In this document: in pieces, positions 1-7,258 of the stretch
Numbering within the stretch: the first letter of the stretch is position 1
Layout: each line of letters starts with the position of its first letter
Position numbers and translations under genes: made by a program
The notes under the pieces: generated by a model
Seen by the model: only the letters and a program-made list of their open reading frames with translations
Database searches by the model: none
Told to the model about the DNA's origin: nothing
NCBI GenBank assembly: GCA_964641155.1
Contig: CAZXJO010000002.1
Coordinates: 70,096-134,095, forward strand
DNA: 64,000 nt
Direction: 5' to 3'
From: an uncultured Desulfurococcaceae archaeon
GTDB lineage: Archaea > Thermoproteota > Thermoprotei_A > Sulfolobales > NBVN01

Positions 1-663
1 CAAAGGCTTGATGGTGTGTGAGTCTAAGACCGCAGCACTGATACCTGAGTTCTTTAGCTCCTTAGACGCTTTAACAGCTTCTGAAACCATGGTGCCTACA
101 GCTACTATCGTCACATCATGTCCGTCCCTAACTACGTTGGCGACTCCAAGTCTGCATTGGCATTCCTCATAGACCCTCCAGTCTTCATCTCTGCCAATCC
201 TCAAGTACGCCGGACCTTCATCCTTAAGCAACTCGATTAGGCACTCCCTTAATTCCACTGAGTCCGCGGGCACCACCACTTTAAAATTCGGGATTACACG
301 CATCAGTGCTATGTCCTCGAAGCATTGGTGTGATGGTCCGTCGCCGAAGTTCGAAATACCGCCATGTGTTCCCACAAACTTCACATTTAGCCTGGCCCTC
401 GCGACGGTGTTCCTCATCTGTTCCCACGCCCTCATGAGGAATGGTGCGTAGGTGCATGCGATAACCTTCTTCCCGCATGAAGCTAGGCCTGAGGCTACGC
501 CGACGAGGTCTTGCTCACTAATGCCCACGTTAACGAATCTCTCGGGAAAGTTCTCAGCGAACAGTGAGGTCATGGTGTGGCTCGCTGAGTCAGCATCAAC
601 TACGTACAGGTCTCTATGGATGAGTCCTAATTCAACCAGTGTCTTACCGAACGCCAGCCTCAT
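1..663 (-). CDS. Transketolase, C-terminal (pyrimidine-binding) subunit; partial, 3' end lies beyond the left edge of the window
   Basis: Manual translation of the minus strand from ATG at 663..661 gives MRLAFGKTLVELG...VGISEQDLVGVASGLA...GTHGGISNFGDGPSHQ...DSHTIKPL, which is typical of the transketolase C-terminal half. It is absent from the ORF track because there is no stop in the window. Its ATG overlaps the TAA of the upstream N-subunit gene (TAATG). Confidence 0.85.
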   Translation of the reverse strand, partial: MRLAFGKTLVELGLIHRDLYVVDADSASHTMTSLFAENFPERFVNVGISEQDLVGVASGLASCGKKVIACTYAPFLMRAWEQMRNTVARARLNVKFVGTHGGISNFGDGPSHQCFEDIALMRVIPNFKVVVPADSVELRECLIELLKDEGPAYLRIGRDEDWRVYEECQCRLGVANVVRDGHDVTIVAVGTMVSEAVKASKELKNSGISAAVLDSHTIKPL

Positions 664-1841
664 TACATGATCCCTGCGGATCTGATTTCTTCCCTACTCA
701 CGGGCCTGCTGTGGTACTTATTGTTGCCTTCGGCTGGGGGGAACCCCTTACCCTTTACTGTATGTGCTATTATCACCGTCGGCTTCCCACAAGGCACGTC
801 GGCCTCTTGGAACGCCCTCAACAACTCCACGAAATTGTGTCCGTCGACTTCAATCACACGCCATCCGAACGAGATCCACTTCATAGCCAGCGGTTCTAGG
901 GGCTTTACGACCTCGGTCATATCTTCTTGTTGGTAACCATTTCTGTCAATTATGGCTATCAGGTTATCTAGCTTTAACTTACTCGCAGTTAGTGCTGATT
1001 CCCACACTTGGCCCTCATCCAGTTCACCATCACCCATAATCACGTAAACCTTAGCCGGAACTCCATCCCTCTTTAACGCTAGCGCCATCCCACAACCGAC
1101 TGAGAGTCCTTGGCCTAAGGAGCCTGACACCATATCAACTCCAGGTATGTCGATGTCAGGATGTCCTTGGAGTATTCCCTCAATATCTCTAAACCTGCTT
1201 AACTCTTCCTCAGGTATGAATCCAACAGCAGCTAACGTCGCGTATAGGGCAGGGGCAGCATGTCCTTTACTCAGTATTAACCTGTCCCTTAAAGACCACT
1301 TCGGGTTGCGGGTGTTGTACCTCATCTTCACAGTGTACAGTACCACCAATATGTCAACGACTGAAAGTGAAGCACCTACATGCCCTGATCCAGCATCAGC
1401 TATCATCTCAAGCACGCGTTTTCTCACAAGGTTGGACATCTCAGCTAAAGTGCTAAGTGTTGTCAAGTCCGGCTCATAGTTTCTAGGTAACGAAGTGTTC
1501 ATTAATTCCGTCACGAAGTGCCCCAGCTGTGTCAGCGTTACTTCCCTACTGCCATTGCCGTCCCCAGTCCTTAACAGGTTAAGCTCTTTCAGAACTTTAG
1601 CGTTGACCCTAAGGGTGGATATCGGTATACCGTACTTTCTCGACAGACTTCTGAGTGCGGATGATAAACTTTTATATGATGTCTGCTTCAACTCCCTGAG
1701 CAGTATTAATTGGTTGTTGTTGAAGCCCCTCTTAACAATTTCCCTAACTACTTCTAACTCGGATTTCGGAGAATTGGGGTTTAACGTATTTGATATTGGA
1801 ATTGGTTCACCATACGACCCCCTATAGAGTGGGAGCTTCAT
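663..1841 (-). CDS. Transketolase N-terminal (TPP-binding) subunit carrying a roughly 115-125 aa N-terminal winged-helix-like extension
   Basis: Shows GSGHVGASLSVVDIL and the TPP motif GDGELDEGQVWES...IIDRNG. The N-terminal extension contains an HTH-like segment, KYGIPISTLRVNAKVLKELNLLRTGDGNGSREVTLTQLG. An alternative internal start (MNTSL, residue ~113) would remove the extension, but 112 stop-free codons upstream argue that it is coding. Confidence 0.8.
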   Translation of the reverse strand: MKLPLYRGSYGEPIPISNTLNPNSPKSELEVVREIVKRGFNNNQLILLRELKQTSYKSLSSALRSLSRKYGIPISTLRVNAKVLKELNLLRTGDGNGSREVTLTQLGHFVTELMNTSLPRNYEPDLTTLSTLAEMSNLVRKRVLEMIADAGSGHVGASLSVVDILVVLYTVKMRYNTRNPKWSLRDRLILSKGHAAPALYATLAAVGFIPEEELSRFRDIEGILQGHPDIDIPGVDMVSGSLGQGLSVGCGMALALKRDGVPAKVYVIMGDGELDEGQVWESALTASKLKLDNLIAIIDRNGYQQEDMTEVVKPLEPLAMKWISFGWRVIEVDGHNFVELLRAFQEADVPCGKPTVIIAHTVKGKGFPPAEGNNKYHSRPVSREEIRSAGIM

Positions 1842-1907
1842 GTTTAAAAACGTGTTGGATAGGTGTAGATAGCCAGAACTTCAAAAGTGTTTGAACGGTG
1901 TGTTGCT

Positions 1908-2912
1908 TTAGACGAAGGCCTCTGAAAGTGATGAGATGTTGGGCATTTCGATACCGGCGTCGGCGATCATTTTGCTAATAGACTTAACGTCTAAGTAGTG
2001 CTTTATCTCATATTCTTTAATCCCTCTACTCACTAGGTCTGCGTTGATACCGACTAAGGCAGAGTACCATTCAACCCACTTGTGGGGATCTTTTGAGAAC
2101 AGCTCTAAAGCTTCCTTATATGACTGCGATACCTTCGACCTGAGATCTTCTTCAATGCTCGACGAAGATGCAAGGGTGCAACAGTAGGGTATCCCTAGCT
2201 CACTGCATTGCATTAAAGTCTTGAATCCGCGGTCCTTGAGGTACTCAGTAATGGGGTGCCAGACGATTACAAACCTTGACCCATGTTTAGCAGTGTATGT
2301 GTTGATCTCACTTATGGGGTTGCTGAAGTACCTAACTTCAGATACATCTATGATGCATTTCTTGATGGCGAGCGTCCTGCATAAGTCCATGGTGGATAGC
2401 TCACTGCATAACACCACATCTTCTTGGGCATGTTGATTTAACATTATTGATGAACCCCCGGAGGCCCCACCCCCTATTACTTTAATGGATTTTGTAAGTG
2501 CGTAGGTGAATAACTGCGTAATTAGCGGTGTCAGGGCTAGGTCAACTTCGCCAGTTATTAATGACCTAGTAGCCGCTAACGCGTTGGGGAAAACCTTCAC
2601 GAAGACCTCATAACCATAGTTCTTCTTCATGAGTTTAACGAAGGGTGTTATGAAGGGGTACTCGCTCGACCATACAAGTCCTAATTTAAGTGCTTTCCCT
2701 CCAGCATGTTTGAAGGTTTTAGTGGGGGGTACAACCATGTATTGATTTCCTATTTTAATCCTGTGGACCAAGCCATATGATTCCAATTCCCTCAAAACTT
2801 CGCTGGTCCTGCCCTTAGATATCCTCAGCGCCTTATGGATATTTGATTGAGGTACACCTTCCGGGTGGTTCCGTATGAGCTCAAGTATCTTACCTTTCAC
2901 TGATGACTTCAT
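1908..2912 (-). CDS. Putative transcriptional regulator: N-terminal winged helix fused to a periplasmic-binding-protein-like (NMT1/THI5/SsuA-like) ligand domain
   Basis: The N-terminus ILELIRNHPEGVPQSNIHKALRISKGRTSEVLRELESYGLVHR has a wHTH pattern. The remainder (KLGLVWSSEYPFITPF...ALAATRSLITGEVDLALTP) resembles type-2 solute-binding folds. There is no signal peptide, so it is cytoplasmic. Confidence 0.55.
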   Translation of the reverse strand: MKSSVKGKILELIRNHPEGVPQSNIHKALRISKGRTSEVLRELESYGLVHRIKIGNQYMVVPPTKTFKHAGGKALKLGLVWSSEYPFITPFVKLMKKNYGYEVFVKVFPNALAATRSLITGEVDLALTPLITQLFTYALTKSIKVIGGGASGGSSIMLNQHAQEDVVLCSELSTMDLCRTLAIKKCIIDVSEVRYFSNPISEINTYTAKHGSRFVIVWHPITEYLKDRGFKTLMQCSELGIPYCCTLASSSSIEEDLRSKVSQSYKEALELFSKDPHKWVEWYSALVGINADLVSRGIKEYEIKHYLDVKSISKMIADAGIEMPNISSLSEAFV

Positions 2913-2982
2913 ACGTCAGCCATCATTATCTACTGGGCGTTAAGGATTTAAATCGGTATCGAACGATCGTTCGGGAAATCCA

Positions 2983-3156
2983 GTGAAGGCGCAGAAGGCG
3001 TATATCGCACTACTATGCGTATTCATCTTAGCTTTCTATTTAGTACCTTACGAGTTCCTGGCGAGTTCCAAGGGTATGTCGTTGTTAGTCTATTGGGCAT
3101 CGCTCACGTTAGTCTGGATTCTTATAACGTTAATCTACTTGAGGAGGTGTTGGTAG
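2983..3156 (+). CDS. Small two-TM membrane protein (DUF3311-like accessory subunit of a sodium:solute symporter), 57 aa, GTG start
   Basis: Found by manual translation and falls below the ORF-track length cutoff: VKAQKAYIALLCVFILAFYLVPYEFLASSKGMSLLVYWASLTLVWILITLIYLRRCW. Its stop TAG (3154-3156) directly abuts the ATG of the symporter (3157), and a GGAGG lies inside its 3' end. Confidence 0.5.
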   Translation: MKAQKAYIALLCVFILAFYLVPYEFLASSKGMSLLVYWASLTLVWILITLIYLRRCW

Positions 3157-4632
3157 ATGTTGGTTACCTTCATAACGTTTCTTGTGATTTATGTCGTTGT
3201 TGGCACGTTTATAGCTGTGATTTCCAGGAAGTTCGGAGTCAAGTCAAGCAGTGAGTACTTCGTAGGTAACTACAGGCTGGGTGGATTCCTTTCATCTATG
3301 ACTTACGCCGCCACCACGTACAGCGCCTTCATGATGGTTGGGTTGGTGGGGCTTACGTACTCCACCGGTGTGGGCGCGTTGGGGTTTGAACTGATATACT
3401 TGTTGGGTACTGTAGCCTTCTTGGCGTTGTTCTCTAAGAGGGTGTGGGTTATGGCTAGGGAACGCGGGTGGGTAAGCCCTTCTGAAATGCTTTCAGATCT
3501 TTATAATAGCAGGTTTCTAGGGAGGTTCGTGGCGATTGCCTACTTGATAGCGTTGGTGCCCTACACATCGGCTCAGGTGATAGGCATTGGAACGATATTC
3601 GAGAGCTTGGGCTTAGATTACTCGTTGGGTGTTGCATTAGCAGCAACCCTCATTCTTATTTGGACCGTGTTGGCTGGGATCTGGAGCGTTGCAAGCACTG
3701 ACGCGTATCAAGCCATCATCATGATTGCTGCTTCAGTGATGTTCTTGACTTTAACGTTAATGAATGTCCTTAGCTTCGGTCCGGGTGATGTGTTTAGAGT
3801 CCTTGACAGTGCCGGAGTTACGGGTATAACGCCCTTCTGGTCATTCAACACGTTCCTAGCATACACACTGCCTTGGATATTCTTCGCGTTGACGAATCCT
3901 CAAGTAGTTCAGAGGATTTTCATGCCTGCAAGTGAGAAAGCCCTCAAAAGTATGGTGAGGAACTTCTCGTTCTACGGTTACATATATACGCTAATCGTAG
4001 TCGCTATAGGTCTTATGGCTAGGGCTTTAACGGAGCTCAAAGCGTTACCCCTAATAACTAATAGGGACTTAGTTACGCCGACGTTGGCCAAGATGCTGGA
4101 CCCGTCAATCGCCTCACTAATCTACGTATCCATTATCGCTGCGGCTGTCTCGACCGCCAACTCCATAATATTGAGCATATCATCATCCATAATCAGGGAC
4201 TTCTACGAGGTGAGGGTTAAGAATGTGAGCGCTAGGAATATTATTATATACAGCGAATTAGTTGTAGTTGGCTTAACCATTACAAGTATGGTAGTAGCTC
4301 ATCTGAGACCGGGCTTCATAGTTGAGATGTCAGTGCTATCATCTGTCATACTCCTCCCAATAGCGCCAGTAACCATGCTCGGTTGGATGAGCCCTAACAA
4401 GGCTAAGCGGTTGAAGTACGGTGCTGTGGCAGCGCTAGCGGTCGGCGTAGGGCTCGCCCTATACTTCGCTTTAACGTATGGACCTGTGAGGACATTCCTA
4501 GCTGTTTCCTACGGGCTCCCTATCTCACTTTGGATTTTACTGATAGCTACGGCAGCCCTATTGGTTAATTACTTAATTGCCACTAAAGCCGAGTGGTTAA
4601 AATCTGTAAGTTTCGTACGACTCAGACGATGA
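3157..4632 (+). CDS. Sodium:solute symporter family (SSS) transporter
   Basis: A 491 aa polytopic membrane protein with about 13 hydrophobic helices. It shows an SSS-like N-terminal pattern (GNYRLGGFLSSMTYAATTYSAFMMVGLVG) and is preceded by a coupled small membrane ORF, as in many SSS loci. Confidence 0.7.
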   Translation: MLVTFITFLVIYVVVGTFIAVISRKFGVKSSSEYFVGNYRLGGFLSSMTYAATTYSAFMMVGLVGLTYSTGVGALGFELIYLLGTVAFLALFSKRVWVMARERGWVSPSEMLSDLYNSRFLGRFVAIAYLIALVPYTSAQVIGIGTIFESLGLDYSLGVALAATLILIWTVLAGIWSVASTDAYQAIIMIAASVMFLTLTLMNVLSFGPGDVFRVLDSAGVTGITPFWSFNTFLAYTLPWIFFALTNPQVVQRIFMPASEKALKSMVRNFSFYGYIYTLIVVAIGLMARALTELKALPLITNRDLVTPTLAKMLDPSIASLIYVSIIAAAVSTANSIILSISSSIIRDFYEVRVKNVSARNIIIYSELVVVGLTITSMVVAHLRPGFIVEMSVLSSVILLPIAPVTMLGWMSPNKAKRLKYGAVAALAVGVGLALYFALTYGPVRTFLAVSYGLPISLWILLIATAALLVNYLIATKAEWLKSVSFVRLRR

Positions 4633-4654
4633 CTAATAGGCCATAACTATAAAT

Positions 4655-5674
4655 ATGTTTAATGTTAAATTACTCACGGTGTTATTGTTGAGAGTTGAGT
4701 CTCTGAAGGAATTCCTCATGAAGGGTTCAGTACTAGTAGTCCAGATGACTCCCTTCAACGACGCAGACGAAGTTGACGTAGAAGGTTTCAGGGAAAACAC
4801 TAGGTACCTAGTTGAGGTCAGTAAGAAAGGGCCCCTGGCATTAGTCCCATGCGGTAGTAACGGGGAGTTCTACGCGATGAAGGAGGACGAGATCAAGAAA
4901 GTTATCAAGGTAGCAGTTGAGGAAGCCGGGGGGAAGGTGCCGGTCATCGCCGGCACCGGGGCTGCAGGTACTAGAATAGCTTTAGAGCTCTCTAAATACG
5001 CGGAGGATGTCGGCGCTGACGGGATTCAAGTGGTTCTCCCATACTACCACGTACCTGACGAGGAAGGTATGTACCTACACTACAAGAAAATTGCTGAGGC
5101 AGTAAATATCGGAGTCATGATATATAACAACCCAAGCGTGTCTAAAGCTTACATTAGGCCGGCCTTGATGAAGAAATTGGCTGAGATCCCGAACATAGTA
5201 GGTGTTAAGGAGAACACACCCTTCATAGATGTGTTCCATCAACAGGTTAAGGCAGTCGGTCATAAGATACCGGTGGTTCAAGGACGTGGTGAGTGGTGGT
5301 ATGTTGCAACACTACCCTACGGGGCTAAGGGGTTTGTATCAGGGCTAGCCAACTTCCTACCAGAGTTCAGTTTAGAGCTACTTAAGTCAGGTTGTGAAGG
5401 TGAGTGGAAGAAAGCGCATGAACTAATCAAGAAGTTAGAACCCCTTGACGAATTCATAAGTAAGATGCGGGAGAAGTACGGACCCTCAACCGGCATCCTA
5501 CAACACCCCTACACAACCTCATACATATACATGAGTATTAGGAAGGCTGCAATGGATCTGGTAGGTCTTAAAGGAGGGAATATGAGGCTACCTCTAGTGA
5601 ATCTCAAAGAAGAAGATAAGGCAGAGCTATCTAAAGTTCTCTTCGACATGTTGGGCGTTAAGAGAGTTAAGTGA
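4655..5674 (+). CDS. Class I aldolase of the DHDPS/N-acetylneuraminate lyase (DapA-like, KDG-aldolase-like) family
   Basis: Motifs PCGSNGEFYAM, IAGTGA, VLPYYH, and the Schiff-base lysine context VGVKENTP. The likely true start is ATG 4718 (MKGSVLVVQMTPF). Confidence 0.8.
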   Translation: MFNVKLLTVLLLRVESLKEFLMKGSVLVVQMTPFNDADEVDVEGFRENTRYLVEVSKKGPLALVPCGSNGEFYAMKEDEIKKVIKVAVEEAGGKVPVIAGTGAAGTRIALELSKYAEDVGADGIQVVLPYYHVPDEEGMYLHYKKIAEAVNIGVMIYNNPSVSKAYIRPALMKKLAEIPNIVGVKENTPFIDVFHQQVKAVGHKIPVVQGRGEWWYVATLPYGAKGFVSGLANFLPEFSLELLKSGCEGEWKKAHELIKKLEPLDEFISKMREKYGPSTGILQHPYTTSYIYMSIRKAAMDLVGLKGGNMRLPLVNLKEEDKAELSKVLFDMLGVKRVK

Positions 5675-5729
5675 GTTCTCAACCAAGCGATACGTGAAAA
5701 AAATCACCTTTTTCTGAGAGCTGAAAGAG

Positions 5730-5943
5730 CCACCATTCCGGTCTACCACTGGCTTTCACCCCTTCTCCCCTCTTTCCATGGGAGGCCCTCCGCAGTGAAC
5801 GGATGAAGCTCGCATCAATCCGGTACTCACCCACACCAGTTCGGGCTTAGCCTTCCCCCATATATCAGGTGTAGGTCTGAGATACCTCCAAGAACAGATT
5901 TCAGAAGGTGATAAACAAACTTCACGCTACACAAAACTGCTCC
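5730..5943 (-). repeat. Dispersed noncoding repeat family, copy A (full length, about 215 nt)
   Basis: The reverse complement aligns by eye with copies at 13230-13395, 9820-10032, 46967-47189 and 56795-56960. Shared blocks are GGAGC.GTTT.TGTGTAGCGTGAAG.TTGTTTAT, TTCTTGGAGGTA.CTCAGACCTAC, and the core GTTCACTGCGGAGGGCCTCCCATGGAAAGAGG...GAAAG...GGTAGACC. Confidence 0.75.
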
Positions 5944-6437
5944 GTAATCCCGCTAATTTCCCCTTCCGTAAGTTCCTACATCACAGCGTCAACTACTTCG
6001 AACTTGAACGGCCCCGCCCTAGGTCTATACCTTACCTCCTACAATCCATTCCAGGCCCTTATAACGTCATCCCTCCTTCATTCCCCTATCGTCCCAGTAA
6101 CTTCTTGGCTCAGCATTAACTGCGGTTTTGGCGGGGGTAATTCATCATCAAATGTTTCCTTCGTAATAGATTGACGTGTTCCCATAGCCTCAGTTCTCAT
6201 AACGGCCTCCCCGTAAGTGGTTACTGGAATATGTGCTCCAGAAACCTCCGCCCATTGGAGAAGCTCATGAGGTGATATAGCTTTCACACTGTCACATCAT
6301 AATTTACGACCTCTAATGTTGAACGTCATAATTTCATGTGTGAAGGCGTGAGGGCAGACCGTAATTCGACCTGTGATTGAACGTGAAATCTCATTCTAAG
6401 AGGGGTTCGAATTCCAATTAATGGGTGGTGTCATAGA

Positions 6438-6452
6438 TTTTTTAAAAAAGCG
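6438..6452. terminator. T6A6 palindrome (TTTTTTAAAAAA), a candidate bidirectional archaeal terminator just after the DUF169 gene stop
   Basis: Sequence gattttttaaaaaagcg lies immediately 3' of the minus-strand CDS ending at 6457. It gives an oligo-T run on either strand. Confidence 0.35.
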
Positions 6453-6456
6453 TGTG

Positions 6457-7230
6457 TTATGAGCTCCTTCCTATTAGGTGTGTTAGCGAGTGTTCGGGGA
6501 TGGGAGTGGTCATAAGTATTTGGAAGACTGGAGGCGGGTATCTGCTACCAACGCTCTTCAACCTGGCGATGGTACTTCTAAGCTGCTCCGGGGTCATCCC
6601 CAGCCATATCTCATCGTCTTGTGCTTCGGCGATCCCCCTAGCACCTCCGCAAGGTATTGTTAGCCAGGGTGACTCACCTTTCGCTACGGTTGCGATTATC
6701 TCACATGCTGCGTGGCCGTTGAAGTCTGACTTGGGTTTAATCCCCTGTGAGTCGAAGAATCCGACGAGCAGTAGGTAAGCTTGGGCTGAGTTAGCCATCA
6801 TTATCACTGCATCGGGATCTACGGCCAGTTCGTCGAACTTCCTGAGTGGGGCCAGCACTGCTGATTTGTACTTACCCATAGGGAGTGTATGTGTGTTGGC
6901 AATCACTGACTTTGCCACTTCCTCACTCATCTTCCTCAAAGTCACCCACTTCTTATGATAATTCTCTGGGAGTTCCTTAAACCCAAGTATGTAGGTTCCT
7001 ATCACGCATGCATCGACGTTATTCGCTGAGATACCGACGGTTCTGCCGTAGATGCTTGCCAGCTTAAGAACCTGGCATAATGCCAGGTTCTTGTTGATGT
7101 ACGGTAGGTCGCTACGTAGTTCTTCGTAGAATTTAATACCTACTGGGTCGGATTTGAGTTTAACTATCTCTAATAAGTCTTTATGTAGGTTCTCGTAGGG
7201 ATGCGATGACGCAGTGATCCCCAATAACAT
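6457..7230 (-). CDS. DUF169-family protein
   Basis: 257 aa with PVGIKFYE near the N-terminus, LALCQV, a C..IG pattern and a late PCGGARG motif. This matches my recollection of the DUF169 family. It lies 28 nt downstream of the LarA-like gene on the same strand. Confidence 0.55.
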   Translation of the reverse strand: MLLGITASSHPYENLHKDLLEIVKLKSDPVGIKFYEELRSDLPYINKNLALCQVLKLASIYGRTVGISANNVDACVIGTYILGFKELPENYHKKWVTLRKMSEEVAKSVIANTHTLPMGKYKSAVLAPLRKFDELAVDPDAVIMMANSAQAYLLLVGFFDSQGIKPKSDFNGHAACEIIATVAKGESPWLTIPCGGARGIAEAQDDEIWLGMTPEQLRSTIARLKSVGSRYPPPVFQILMTTPIPEHSLTHLIGRSS

Positions 7231-7258
7231 TAATCCTACTTCCTCCTAATTAATTTTT

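Noticed and set aside
667-1827. ORF-track entries on the plus strand (667-936, 1147-1479, 1495-1827, and similar ones throughout, e.g. 18317-18751, 27952-29916, 31518-32030, 43229-43591, 61856-62617)
   Set aside because: They are antisense shadow ORFs lying entirely inside strongly supported genes on the opposite strand (transketolase, rad50, herA, the ABC permease, the DHH protein). Their products are low-complexity and Ser/Leu/Thr-rich, with no motifs.
5730-5943. Repeat elements as RNase P RNA (type T) or another single-copy structural RNA, because of GGGCTTAGCC (CR-V-like) and CTGAAAGAGCC (CR-I-like) strings on the plus strand of copy A
   Set aside because: The resemblance is limited to a few nucleotides and no P4 pairing can be formed. 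These strings are not conserved among copies. A multi-copy distribution is also inconsistent with RNase P RNA.
6395-6425. tRNA or tRNA fragment (GGGGTTCGAATTCC)
   Set aside because: The T-stem pairs only 2-3 bp and there is no acceptor or anticodon arm. At most it is a decayed fragment.
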